From Candidatus Woesebacteria bacterium (lineage in GTDB: Bacteria; Patescibacteriota; Microgenomatia; UBA8517), in contig DMZH01000001.1 in the NCBI GenBank assembly GCA_003484955.1, positions 23,848-87,847 on the forward strand: a stretch of DNA of 64,000 bases. The letters run 5' to 3'. The notes under the pieces were generated by a model, which had not been told where the DNA came from, ran no database searches, and saw only the letters and a program-made list of their open reading frames with translations. Of this stretch, positions 1-9,512 are shown piece after piece (within the stretch, counting starts at the first letter, position 1; every line of letters starts with the position of its first letter). Both the position numbers and the translations under genes were made by a program.

Positions 1-194
1 GCAGATTTGAGGAATCAGATCTGCTTAAATGTTAGTTAAATTTAGTTTTAGTTAAATAGATAAATCTCGCAGTTTCAACTGTTCGTTTTGTCTTTCAGAA
101 AGATAAAGGTACCCCAAATTTAGTTTTTATTTGTATCTTTTTCTTCACTAGTCATTAAACATACTTTTTCTTTAAGCAGTTCTGTTCCCTTAAA

Positions 195-1391
195 ATGTAT
201 AGGCAATATTACAATCGGCGTGGCGGCAGGCCTCAGACTCGTGGATCGTACGGCTCAGGCAGATCTTTTGGTGGTGGAAGAAGAATCAAAACCTTTGATC
301 CAAGCCAAATAGTTAATCTTCCCCCACGTATTGACGACACTAAAGAATATATTGTAACTCATCAATTTTCCGATTTTCAAATTTCCGATGCAATAAAGCG
401 GAATGTTTCCGGAAAAGGTTATATTACACCCACCCCAATTCAGGACCAAGCAATTCCGTGGGTACTTGAGGGCCGTGATTTGATCGGCATGGCAAATACC
501 GGAACGGGAAAAACCGCTGCTTTTCTAATTCCTCTTATTGAAAAGGTTTTAAAAGACAGAAACCAAAGAGTTTTAATTATAAGCCCCACCCGTGAACTGG
601 CTGCACAAACCAAGGACGAATTATATTCTTTCACAAACGGTCTTCAAATTTACTCGGCCCTCTGTATTGGAGGCGCCAATATGTGGAGACAGAAAGAAGA
701 CTTGAGAAGGGGTCCTAATTTTGTAATAGGAACTCCTGGAAGACTTACGGATCATATTAGAAGTCACGGTCTAAACTTAAATTATTTCGAGTCGGTAGTC
801 TTGGATGAAGCCGATCGTATGGTTGATGATGGTTTTTTGCCTCAAATCAAACAAATAATTTCTCTTCTTCCAAAGAACCGACAATCACTTTTCTTTTCAG
901 CCACAGTTAACGAAAAGGTCAAATGGATTTTACAAAGTTTTGTTGTTAACCCTGTTACGGTTTCTGTTAAAAGCGGGGACATTACGGCCAATATTAAACA
1001 GGAAATTGTCAGAGTTTCCGGTATGGGTTCAAAAACAGAGGAACTTGTAAAACTCCTCCACAAAAACGAGTTTGAAAAAGTATTAATTTTTGGTAGAACC
1101 AAACATGGGGTCCAAAAACTTTCTGACAACCTCGTAGAGCGTGGTTTTAAAGTAGATTCAATTCATGGTAATAAAAATCAAAGTCAAAGAGTGAGAACCC
1201 TGGATAAGTTTAAAAAAGATTATATTCAGATTTTGATAGCAACCGATGTTGCCTCACGTGGACTTGATATTCCAAATGTAAGTCATGTAATCAATTTTGA
1301 TTTACCGGAATCTTACGAAAATTATATTCATAGAATCGGCCGTACAGGACGCGCCGACAAAAAAGGTGTTGCGCTGACATTTGTCGGCTAA
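195..1391 (+). CDS. DEAD-box ATP-dependent RNA helicase (RhlE/CshA-like)
   Basis: Q motif GYITPTPIQ, Walker A ANTGTGKT, PTRELA, TPGRL, DEAD, SAT, HRIGRTGR; RG-rich N-terminus. Confidence 0.95.
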   Translation: MYRQYYNRRGGRPQTRGSYGSGRSFGGGRRIKTFDPSQIVNLPPRIDDTKEYIVTHQFSDFQISDAIKRNVSGKGYITPTPIQDQAIPWVLEGRDLIGMANTGTGKTAAFLIPLIEKVLKDRNQRVLIISPTRELAAQTKDELYSFTNGLQIYSALCIGGANMWRQKEDLRRGPNFVIGTPGRLTDHIRSHGLNLNYFESVVLDEADRMVDDGFLPQIKQIISLLPKNRQSLFFSATVNEKVKWILQSFVVNPVTVSVKSGDITANIKQEIVRVSGMGSKTEELVKLLHKNEFEKVLIFGRTKHGVQKLSDNLVERGFKVDSIHGNKNQSQRVRTLDKFKKDYIQILIATDVASRGLDIPNVSHVINFDLPESYENYIHRIGRTGRADKKGVALTFVG

Positions 1392-1409
1392 ATAAACCGA
1401 ATTAAAAAT

Positions 1410-2357
1410 CTAGAAAAGTCCTTCTTTTAATTCTTTTAGCGAGAATTCTACTTCAAAAGTTGTTCTGTCACCTACATTTACATATAAATACAAGGCATCT
1501 TGTTTGTTCCTTTTAATTATTCCACCACACGAATAAACAACCCGTCGCAGCTTTGGATGTAGTTCGGCAACCATTGGCGTTCCGTCATTATTAATAAAAT
1601 TGTCCGAAGTGAGAATCGGTTCCGGTGCAACAACTACGCTAAATTTGTTATTTTTACGTGTAAGTTTTGCGCGTCCGATGCTATATACATATGTGGCCTT
1701 CCCTTTAAGTTTGACTATGGATATTCCGTGAATAATGAAAAGTGCCTCCTCCTGATTTAACCAGATTGGCGGCATTGTGGTCCCTATTCTCCATTTTGCC
1801 CAACTTAAGTTTGTCGGAAAATCTATATCGTCCAATTTGTCGGGTACTTGACGATGAAGTGAAAATACAAGGATTTTGTGATTATAATCTGAAGAGTCGG
1901 GACGGAACAAATAAGTTGAATTATCAATTGGGGTTAAATTTTTACCGGGACCGAAAGAACTGATAATAAGAAATGGTGGTAATTCATCATTCCACGAACT
2001 ATGTGAGTCAATTTTTATAATTGCGGGGAAGGGTATTGGTCTTCCCCTCTTGTCTCTTAAAACAGCAGTGAGTCCGATCAGTAAGTTTTCGTTGGGAAGC
2101 TCGAGGGCACGAGGATCCTCAAGATTTATACCGTTATACATTGGTTTCCAGATAAGACGTTCCTGGACAATTGTTCCGTCTTTCGTAATTTCAAAAAGTT
2201 TTAAGATTCCTGTGTCGGGTTCGCCGGGTTTTGCAGCTTTTGCAACCTCGCGGCCAATAAAATAAATGGAATCACTGCCGATTTTTTGCCAAGCTGCGAG
2301 ATTAAAACGTGCTACACGGACATCAGGAAATATATTTTTTATTTGATGAATTTTCAT
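1410..2357 (-). CDS. Putative glycoside hydrolase/phosphorylase, GH130-like five-bladed beta-propeller
   Basis: RFN.A, LEDPRA, GKN, IIHG, VVYSCG and VGD motifs resemble GH130 (DUF377); overlaps the upstream GT4 gene. Confidence 0.6.
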   Translation of the reverse strand: MKIHQIKNIFPDVRVARFNLAAWQKIGSDSIYFIGREVAKAAKPGEPDTGILKLFEITKDGTIVQERLIWKPMYNGINLEDPRALELPNENLLIGLTAVLRDKRGRPIPFPAIIKIDSHSSWNDELPPFLIISSFGPGKNLTPIDNSTYLFRPDSSDYNHKILVFSLHRQVPDKLDDIDFPTNLSWAKWRIGTTMPPIWLNQEEALFIIHGISIVKLKGKATYVYSIGRAKLTRKNNKFSVVVAPEPILTSDNFINNDGTPMVAELHPKLRRVVYSCGGIIKRNKQDALYLYVNVGDRTTFEVEFSLKELKEGLF

Positions 2358-4518
2358 TTGAATACAATTTTGAAACAGAAAGTCGTGACAAAAGATATGA
2401 AACCTGAGACTCAGCTCCTTGGTTTAAGTTTACCCGATCGGGATGGAGTCCGTCATAGCAACCGCCGTTTTCGGGGTTATAAAGCGGCAACTGTAAACTG
2501 TTGTTACCCAAAAACCAACTGAAGCAGATATCTATTAATATTTTATATTTTTTATTACCCGTAATTTCATATGCGGTTACGAGAGCGAGGATCATTGAAG
2601 CGGGATCTTCGGGTTGTTGATCAAAATAACTTCTTTCGCCACCCACTTTATACCACTCAGAGTGACCGATTGGCATATACCTATTTGAAGAGAAAGTTTT
2701 TTCTATCAGAAACGTTAGGGCTTCTGAGCCTTTATCCAAATAATGCTTGTTGCCTACGGCTTGCCCGGCTATAAAAAGCGCCTCAGGCACTATGGCGTTA
2801 TTGTACCCAAGGTAGTTATCAAACCAATGCCATGATTTATCTGAATTATTATCAAATTCAGTTACAAGAAAATTAGCATTCTTTTGAATGGAAGCCGTTA
2901 ATTCTTTTGAGTATTCCGGACATGCGCTAATCGCGTTCACAAACGATTTAATAATTAAAGCAGAGGAACGGATATGGAGAAGCCGCTTGGCATATGGTAG
3001 AGCTTTAATAAATATACTTTTTGCCGTTTTTTTCAAATTTGCCGGCATGTTTTTATTATTCAATACTTCACTGAGTGCCCACATAGCACGTGCGGTTGCA
3101 TCTTCCAGGTCCTCATTGAGATTTTGTATTGCTGCCATTTTATTATGATGATCGACATAGTTAATAAATGTTCCGTCCGCCTGTTGGCACTTTTTAATAA
3201 AATGTAAATAAATGGAAGCTAATTTGTTATTGTAGGGAGAAGCGGTAAGGCGGCTGCATATAACAAGAGCCCTGGCATTATCGTCAAGTGTGTAACCAAA
3301 CTTTTTATCGGGTAATTCCAGTTTTGCAAATTGAAAAAGTCCGTATTTATCGGTCATTTTTGCCAGATGGCTAAGGTTTACTGGCGGCAAGATATATTGT
3401 TTAAGAAGTCTTGAATATTTGAGCGCAACACTGCTCCAGAGCATCGGGCGGGTTTGTTCAAATGCAGTCCTATGCATTTTCATTAAATCCTCTTTACTAT
3501 CGAGTAACTCTATAAGTGCTTTACTAAAAGCTTTTGGTTTCATAATAGGTACCAACCGCCCCGTTTCATTGGTAATTATTTCTTTTGATTGTGCAAACTC
3601 GGTACTTATTACTGCGCGTCCGGAACCTAGCGCATATGAAAGTGTTCCGCTTACTGCTTGGTTAGGATTAATCGATGTTGAGATATAAATATCTGTAGCA
3701 TTAAGAAACTCCATTAAGTCGGGTAGCGACAAGTATTGATCATAGAATTTTACAAAATTATCTAAGTGTAATTTTGTTACAAGCTTGGAAAGTTCATTCC
3801 TATAACTTTCACCCTCACTTCTTCGTACAACAGGGTGTGTTTCGCCCAAAATCAGGTAAAGTAACGATGGGTGGCGTTTAATTATTTTTGGAAGTGCTTT
3901 TATTACGTATTCGATTCCTTTGCCACGGCTTAAAAGACCGAAGGTCGTTAGTATCGTCGTTTTTTGCAATTTTAATTTACGTTTAGCAGCGGTTGTATCG
4001 GTAAAAGTCGTTGGGTGGATGCCATGAGGAATCACATGCACTTTGTTAACTGATTGAGGATAGACCTTTTCCAGTATATGTTTTGAACTTTCAGTCAAAA
4101 CAACGATGATATTTGCGCGTTCAATAATCCTTGTAGTTACATCTTTCATTTTTGGCGAAGGTTTAGGTAGTACTGTGTGAAGAGTTGCCACAATTGGCTT
4201 CCTACAGGTCTCCATAAATAAAAGTATGTTTTCTCCATCAAGGCCACCATAAATCCCGTACTCGTGTTGAATGATCACTCCCGTGATAAGGGGATTGTTG
4301 TTGTATTCCGTGGCAAGATCTATATAGGCATTCTTGTCACTTTGGTCGATTTTCCAGACAACTTCAGGGGGGTAAACATACGTGTCCAAAGGAGTAAGGT
4401 TCATGGCTGCGACTTTGCACGAAACGGCTTTCCCCAGGTACTTCTGACTTGAGGCTAGTAGATCTTGATTGAACGTAGCTATACCGCACTCACGGGGAGG
4501 ATATGTTCCCATGAACAC
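2323..4518 (-). CDS. Glycosyltransferase family 4 fused to a six-hairpin glycosidase-like domain
   Basis: GTYPPRECGIATF, QHEYGIYGG, FGLLSRGKGIE, SGTLSYALG; C-terminal YTLDDNARAL and GGCYDGL...NQGAES; start uncertain (frame is open to ATA at 4542). Confidence 0.85.
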   Translation of the reverse strand: MFMGTYPPRECGIATFNQDLLASSQKYLGKAVSCKVAAMNLTPLDTYVYPPEVVWKIDQSDKNAYIDLATEYNNNPLITGVIIQHEYGIYGGLDGENILLFMETCRKPIVATLHTVLPKPSPKMKDVTTRIIERANIIVVLTESSKHILEKVYPQSVNKVHVIPHGIHPTTFTDTTAAKRKLKLQKTTILTTFGLLSRGKGIEYVIKALPKIIKRHPSLLYLILGETHPVVRRSEGESYRNELSKLVTKLHLDNFVKFYDQYLSLPDLMEFLNATDIYISTSINPNQAVSGTLSYALGSGRAVISTEFAQSKEIITNETGRLVPIMKPKAFSKALIELLDSKEDLMKMHRTAFEQTRPMLWSSVALKYSRLLKQYILPPVNLSHLAKMTDKYGLFQFAKLELPDKKFGYTLDDNARALVICSRLTASPYNNKLASIYLHFIKKCQQADGTFINYVDHHNKMAAIQNLNEDLEDATARAMWALSEVLNNKNMPANLKKTAKSIFIKALPYAKRLLHIRSSALIIKSFVNAISACPEYSKELTASIQKNANFLVTEFDNNSDKSWHWFDNYLGYNNAIVPEALFIAGQAVGNKHYLDKGSEALTFLIEKTFSSNRYMPIGHSEWYKVGGERSYFDQQPEDPASMILALVTAYEITGNKKYKILIDICFSWFLGNNSLQLPLYNPENGGCYDGLHPDRVNLNQGAESQVSYLLSRLSVSKLYSNENSSNKKYIS

Positions 4519-4756
4519 AATAGTGGGTTTATTCTTGATTATTCATCATTATACCCCCAATATAGGATTTCACCTAAATTATAGGACGTATATTTTTTAC
4601 CCAACAAGAAATAGTGTCTCATTTAGTCCTTCGGTAAACCCAGGATTTCGGCTTTCAGCCTCAACCTCAAGATGGTACACTTATAAGGACTATAAGAGTT
4701 TGGACCCGTATGCTCAGCAAAAGTTGGAGGTTTACAAGATAGCTAATCTTAAAATA

Positions 4757-5227
4757 ATGGCAGTAAATCTTAATAACTATTATGAAATAAAAGATACTTT
4801 AGATAAAAATGGTATAGACTCTATTTTATACGGTTCCCTTGGTGCTTCAGTGTATATTGGTAATTTCAGAGAGTTTGATGATATTGACCTTCTTGTTGAT
4901 AAAGATCTTGTAGAAAGCCGGTGGCCAGAGTTAAAAGAAATAATGACAAAAGAAGGCTTCTCAGTTTTAGATGAGAAAGAACATGAATTTATTAATTCTA
5001 AAGGGGTAAAAATTGCTTTTGCAGGAAATAATGTTTTGGAAAGAGACAGGATATGCACTTTAGATACGGGTGTGGTTGAAATTGAGAAAAACGGCAAAAA
5101 AATTAGAACAATAACCAAGGATGCATTTATAAATGCCTACCTTTTTAGTTCTACAGATGGCTATAGAAAAGAAAAAAGGGGAAGAAGTGATTTAGATATT
5201 GTAGATAGTCTAAGAAAACTACAATAA
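4757..5227 (+). CDS. Nucleotidyltransferase-fold protein
   Basis: LYGSLG...DDIDLLV pol-beta-type NTase signature; ATG at 4757 preferred over the longer ORF from 4469, which overlaps the GT gene. Confidence 0.6.
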   Translation: MAVNLNNYYEIKDTLDKNGIDSILYGSLGASVYIGNFREFDDIDLLVDKDLVESRWPELKEIMTKEGFSVLDEKEHEFINSKGVKIAFAGNNVLERDRICTLDTGVVEIEKNGKKIRTITKDAFINAYLFSSTDGYRKEKRGRSDLDIVDSLRKLQ

Positions 5228-5297
5228 CAAAAGAGTTCTAATATGGTCCCTGATGGTTATGGGATCGAAAGGTTCTAGACCGTGATGCACAGCCAAA

Positions 5298-6029
5298 ATG
5301 AAAATAAATAAAAATTATCTGTTAATCGGTGTGTTAGCGATTGTGGTGATAGGATCTGTGTTGCTAATTTCCCGTCAGGGAAAAAGTAAAAGTGAAGTAA
5401 AAAACAAGGTCCGACTTGTTAAATCTTTAGAATTTTCCGTCCTTGCTAAGGATGAAAAAAACTTTCTTTTAGACGTTCATGTGCCCGAACAAACCCATAT
5501 TCCGGGAACTGACGCTTTTATACCCTACAATGAAATTTCCCTCAATTTGGATAAGTTTCCAGAGGATAAATCTACTCCCATCCTTGTCTACTGCAGAACG
5601 GGAACAATGAGTGAGGAAGCATCAAAGGAGATTGCCGGTCTTGGTTACACAAACGTATATGATTTGGATGGCGGGATTAATATTTACAAAGAATCGAATG
5701 TGGGAGTTTTTATAACTCCACAAAATCGGAATTTGGGTCGAGTAATTTATGGAGATATTCCCACAACAACTTTTACTTTAACCAACTTCGGTCCCCTCCC
5801 CTTAAAAATAACACGGGTTTCAACTTCATGCGGATGCACAAAAGCAGAAGTCGATAAAAAAGAACTTGGTGCCTATGAAGCGACCGAAATTAGAGTTTCA
5901 TTCAATCCTGCCGTTCACGGAGACGCAACTGATGTTGGAGGCATAACAAGAACAATCTATATACAAACCGACAACCCCAATATTCCTCGACTTACCAACA
6001 CGATTACGGCTGATGTAATTAAAAATTAA
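5298..6029 (+). CDS. Membrane-anchored rhodanese domain + DUF1573 (Ig-like) fusion protein
   Basis: N-terminal TM; LLDVH..E...HIPG, VYCRTG active-site loop, LDGGI; C-terminal STSCGCT and FNPAVHG. Confidence 0.75.
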   Translation: MKINKNYLLIGVLAIVVIGSVLLISRQGKSKSEVKNKVRLVKSLEFSVLAKDEKNFLLDVHVPEQTHIPGTDAFIPYNEISLNLDKFPEDKSTPILVYCRTGTMSEEASKEIAGLGYTNVYDLDGGINIYKESNVGVFITPQNRNLGRVIYGDIPTTTFTLTNFGPLPLKITRVSTSCGCTKAEVDKKELGAYEATEIRVSFNPAVHGDATDVGGITRTIYIQTDNPNIPRLTNTITADVIKN

Positions 6030-6069
6030 GTGCATTTTTGAAATTTTTGATGATACAATACATCTAAAT

Positions 6070-6837
6070 ATGTCTGAGGACAACCTTGCTTCAGAAAATT
6101 ATTGGAAAGCGAGTGAACAAAAAATTCCCGGTTCAACAAGAATTCCCGTTGATGAATTAAAGAAATTTTTAGACAACAAACCAGGCATGGTCATTCTGGA
6201 TTTAGGTTCAGGTGAAGGCAGATCAACCCAGGCTCTTAAGGAATCTTTCCCCGAAGCGAAGATCGTTGCATTTGATTTGAACCATAAGGGATTAGAAAAA
6301 ACTATTTCTGATGTGTCCGGACGGGTGCAAGGGACAGCTTTAGAACTACCCTTCGCTAATGAAAGTGCGGACGGCGTGGTTCTTTGTGGGGTTTTGACAA
6401 ATATAACAGACAAAGATCCTCAAAAAGCAGTTGAGGCAAGAAAAAAAGTCATCAAAGAAATCGCCAGAGTCTTAAAACCGGGAGGCATTCTTACCGTATC
6501 TGATTTTAACCGAGAACATAATTTAAGCCACTATCCTGTTAACTATTCCAGACACGAATTGATAACAAATGAGCTCGGAACAATAGCGGTGTTTGACCCA
6601 ATGGCTAAAATTACTTTTCAAGATAAAGGCGATAAGGAAGTTGCTTTACTTGCAGGCTCTCCATATTTACAGAGATTTGCCCACCACTACTCCACGGATG
6701 AACTTACCAATTTAGCTGAGTCAGTAAGCGAACTTAAAATAGTCAAGCACTCGGCAGAAATTGGAACAACGCCTTCCGGCAACCCAATAGACACCATTGT
6801 CGCAACGTTTATAAAATCACCCAAGGAAGCTCCGTAA
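6070..6837 (+). CDS. Class I SAM-dependent methyltransferase
   Basis: ILDLGSGEG motif I, LPFANESAD, RVLKPGG. Confidence 0.85.
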   Translation: MSEDNLASENYWKASEQKIPGSTRIPVDELKKFLDNKPGMVILDLGSGEGRSTQALKESFPEAKIVAFDLNHKGLEKTISDVSGRVQGTALELPFANESADGVVLCGVLTNITDKDPQKAVEARKKVIKEIARVLKPGGILTVSDFNREHNLSHYPVNYSRHELITNELGTIAVFDPMAKITFQDKGDKEVALLAGSPYLQRFAHHYSTDELTNLAESVSELKIVKHSAEIGTTPSGNPIDTIVATFIKSPKEAP

Positions 6838-6914
6838 TAAAATTTATTATCCCATTTACTTCCACAAACATGTGGAGATGCCGGGTGTGGTGTGTTATAA
6901 AGTATAGAGACAAG

Positions 6915-7433
6915 ATGACAACTGAGCGTAAAGTGTTTATTGGTATTGGTTTAGCAACCCTGATAATTATTGTTGGCGGTACCTTCCTGACCTCTAAACA
7001 GAACCAACATTCGAGTAAGCCACTGATGGGTGAAATAATTATCGATCAGGGAACAAATCATGTACCGGACGGTGCTAAGGTAGATTACAATTCCAATCCT
7101 CCCACATCGGGAGTTCACTATGCCAAACCCCAACCAAGCGGAATTTATGATAAGCCGGTGCCGGATGGAAACTTAGTCCATAGTATGGAACACGGTGCAG
7201 TGATTCTTTGGTATAAATCGGATATTCCTGCAACTGAAAGCGCGCAACTAAAATCAGTTTTTAATAGTGTTGCAATAAGTAAAAAGATAATGATTCCCAG
7301 AGATAGTCTAGAGGTACCAATTGCTTTAACTTCCTGGGGAAGACTATTGAAGCTTCAAACAATTGATGAAGGCCAAATAAAGGCTTTTATGGAAACAAAT
7401 GAAGGTCGAGGCCCAGAGCAAGCCCCAATCTAA
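6915..7433 (+). CDS. DUF3105 domain membrane-anchored protein
   Basis: YNSNPPTSGVH, LVHSMEHGAV, LTSWG, RGPE; ATG at 6915 precedes a TM helix. Confidence 0.8.
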   Translation: MTTERKVFIGIGLATLIIIVGGTFLTSKQNQHSSKPLMGEIIIDQGTNHVPDGAKVDYNSNPPTSGVHYAKPQPSGIYDKPVPDGNLVHSMEHGAVILWYKSDIPATESAQLKSVFNSVAISKKIMIPRDSLEVPIALTSWGRLLKLQTIDEGQIKAFMETNEGRGPEQAPI

Positions 7434-7445
7434 TTTCAAAAGACT

Positions 7446-7523
7446 ATGAATATTGCTTACCAAGGAAAGACAAAAACAGGAAAAGAAATTATTGTCCGTT
7501 ATCCGGAAATGAGTGATTTGTAA
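7446..7523 (+). pseudogene. Truncated N-terminus of a probable GNAT acetyltransferase
   Basis: 25-aa ORF MNIAYQGKTKTGKEIIVRYPEMSDL* resembles the first strand/helix of GNAT proteins and stops at an A-run. Confidence 0.4.
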
Positions 7524-7567
7524 AAAAAACACCCGAGAGACCTTTCCGAAACTCTTACCTAGAAAAC

Positions 7568-7780
7568 TTAAAACCTCAGAAGATCGAGAATTTTATAGAC
7601 CAACAAAGCCGGCCAAACGATTGCTTTAAGAAGACCGATAAGCCCGTCCACAAAGGTTGTGGAGTGTTGAATAAAGTAAACCAAAGCTCCAATAAATCCC
7701 AGACCATAAACCGCACCTCCGGCTCCCCCTCCACTATATTTGTTTACAACTTTAACTTCCTTCTTTATTTTTTCTTCCAT
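7568..7780 (-). CDS. Small hypothetical membrane protein
   Basis: 70 aa with two hydrophobic segments (GGAVYGLGFIGAL, KAIVWPALLVY); TAATG-coupled to the PspC gene. Confidence 0.7.
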   Translation of the reverse strand: MEEKIKKEVKVVNKYSGGGAGGAVYGLGFIGALVYFIQHSTTFVDGLIGLLKAIVWPALLVYKILDLLRF

Positions 7781-7965
7781 TATTTAGTTGGGATAAAAAT
7801 CCAGGCAATTACATAAATTAAAAGTCCAAATCCTGCAAAAAGAAAAATCAAGAAAAGAAGCCGTATAATTATCGGGTCAATTCCGAAATATTCTGCAAAC
7901 CCTCCACAAACTCCACCAATAACTTTCTCCCTACTTGATCTGTAGAGCCTATTTTTCGCTGCCAT
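7780..7965 (-). CDS. pspC: PspC domain protein
   Basis: RLYRS..EKVIGGVCGGFAEYFGIDP...YVIAWIFIP; ATG 7965 lies 7 nt after TACAAT. Confidence 0.85.
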   Translation of the reverse strand: MAAKNRLYRSSREKVIGGVCGGFAEYFGIDPIIIRLLFLIFLFAGFGLLIYVIAWIFIPTK

Positions 7966-8062
7966 TTCAAAAATTGTACATTCACTCACCAAAGATTGTC
8001 AACACAATACTCCTTCATTTAGTATCATGTATAGACAGATGTGTTAAAATTGGAAAGTTTCG

Positions 8063-8674
8063 ATGTTTAAATTACCAAAACTTCCATACTCTTTCGACAC
8101 ACTAGAGCCCTACATTGATGCCCGGACCATGCAAATTCATCATGATAAGCATCATCAGACATATGTAGATAAGCTAAATGCCGCATGTGCAAACGATGCC
8201 TCACTGGCAGGAAAAACAATTGAAGAGATCTTAAGCGACCCTGCGAATATCAACGGCGATATCAGAACAGCAATAATCAATAACGGCGGAGGTCATCTAA
8301 ACCATAGTTTCTTTTGGAAAATCATGTCTCCGAACTCCCCTTTTAACCCAAAAAGCAATGTCGGAAAAGAAATCATAAATACTTTCGGGAATTTTGAATC
8401 ATTTAAAGAAAAATTTTCAAATACGGCAGTGGGTAGGTTTGGAAGCGGTTGGGCCTGGCTTGTCGTCAATAAAGGAAGATTGGAGATTGTTGATACCCAA
8501 AACCAAAATACACCCATATCGATCGGCATGAATCCGATTCTTTGCCTTGATGTTTGGGAACATGCATATTACTTGAAATATCAAAACAAAAGAGCCGATT
8601 ATGTCAATGCCTGGTGGAACGTGGTCAATTGGAAAAAAGTTGAGGAGAATTTTAGTGAAGCTATCGCTCAATGA
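8063..8674 (+). CDS. sodA: Superoxide dismutase, Mn/Fe family (Mn-type signature)
   Basis: HHDKHH, NNGGGHLNH, FGSGWAWL, DVWEHAYY. Confidence 0.95.
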   Translation: MFKLPKLPYSFDTLEPYIDARTMQIHHDKHHQTYVDKLNAACANDASLAGKTIEEILSDPANINGDIRTAIINNGGGHLNHSFFWKIMSPNSPFNPKSNVGKEIINTFGNFESFKEKFSNTAVGRFGSGWAWLVVNKGRLEIVDTQNQNTPISIGMNPILCLDVWEHAYYLKYQNKRADYVNAWWNVVNWKKVEENFSEAIAQ

Positions 8675-8758
8675 TCACGATGCCTTTGAATTGTCGTGGC
8701 CTTGTTCAGTACTTGACTTGGAGAAAAAAATCGTGATAACCTGGCTGATCATTTAATA

Positions 8759-9499
8759 ATGAAAAAACACTTTGCCCAAAAAGGTTTTATAGCTCTTCTC
8801 CCTCTTCTGGTTATCTCATTTTTAGTCGTTTCCGGCTTTGCCATTTATGGCGGCCAGGGGACATCAGAAACACCGAGCCAGGTTTTGAGCGAAACCAGTG
8901 AAGCCGAATCAGGAGAAAACAGTGAACAAACCCAAACCAGACTGGCCAATGAAAGCGAGGGTGACCAAATCCGACTCGAAACCCAAAACCAGGAAAGAGA
9001 GATCGAAGAGGAAAATGAGACTCCGGAACCGGAAGAGACACCCGAACCCGAAGAATTTGAAGAAGAAGATGAAGTTGAAGTTGGGGAGGGTACCAATAAA
9101 TCAAAGATTAAAATCAGAAGCGGCAAGAACAAGTTTGAGTTTCAACAGGAAGGCGCAAAGTTTAGCGTTGAAAGCGATTTTCCTCTTTCGGTTGACCCCG
9201 TCACAAGGGAACTTACAGTAACCACACCGGCCGGCAACAGAGTAGTTGCTGTTTTACCTCAACAGGCAATCGACAATATGCTCGCAGTTGGAATAGTTAC
9301 CACAACAACCGAAGTAAATCTTGAAACGGAATCTGACGGAAGTTTGTCCTACAATATTGATGGAGCCAAAGACGAAAAACTACTGGGTGTCTTTGACGTA
9401 GCCGTCCCAAAGAATTTGGTTGTTTCCGCCCAAACGGGACAGGTGTTGACTGTAAACCAGTCGGTATTCTCCAAAATCCTAGACTTCCTTTCAATCTAA
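8759..9499 (+). CDS. Hypothetical surface protein with prepilin-like leader and acidic linker
   Basis: QKG|FIALLPLL hydrophobic leader, Glu-rich TPEPEE repeats, C-terminal VSAQTGQV. Confidence 0.7.
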   Translation: MKKHFAQKGFIALLPLLVISFLVVSGFAIYGGQGTSETPSQVLSETSEAESGENSEQTQTRLANESEGDQIRLETQNQEREIEEENETPEPEETPEPEEFEEEDEVEVGEGTNKSKIKIRSGKNKFEFQQEGAKFSVESDFPLSVDPVTRELTVTTPAGNRVVAVLPQQAIDNMLAVGIVTTTTEVNLETESDGSLSYNIDGAKDEKLLGVFDVAVPKNLVVSAQTGQVLTVNQSVFSKILDFLSI

Positions 9500-9512
9500 C
9501 AGACCAACCTCT

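Noticed and set aside
1-194. T-rich leader with repeated AAATTTAGTTTT upstream of the DEAD-box helicase
   Set aside because: Low-complexity AT sequence cut by the window edge; no defensible structure or array
5253-5297. In-frame TGA upstream of the rhodanese gene as selenocysteine or code-25 readthrough
   Set aside because: TGA terminates many conserved genes here (sodA, secD, recA, rplQ); the hairpin is upstream of the TGA rather than SECIS-positioned, and the downstream ATG gives a normal signal anchor
9015-9060. Short tandem repeat encoding ETPEPE twice
   Set aside because: Codon-multiple repeat of a disordered linker; not CRISPR or a mobile repeat
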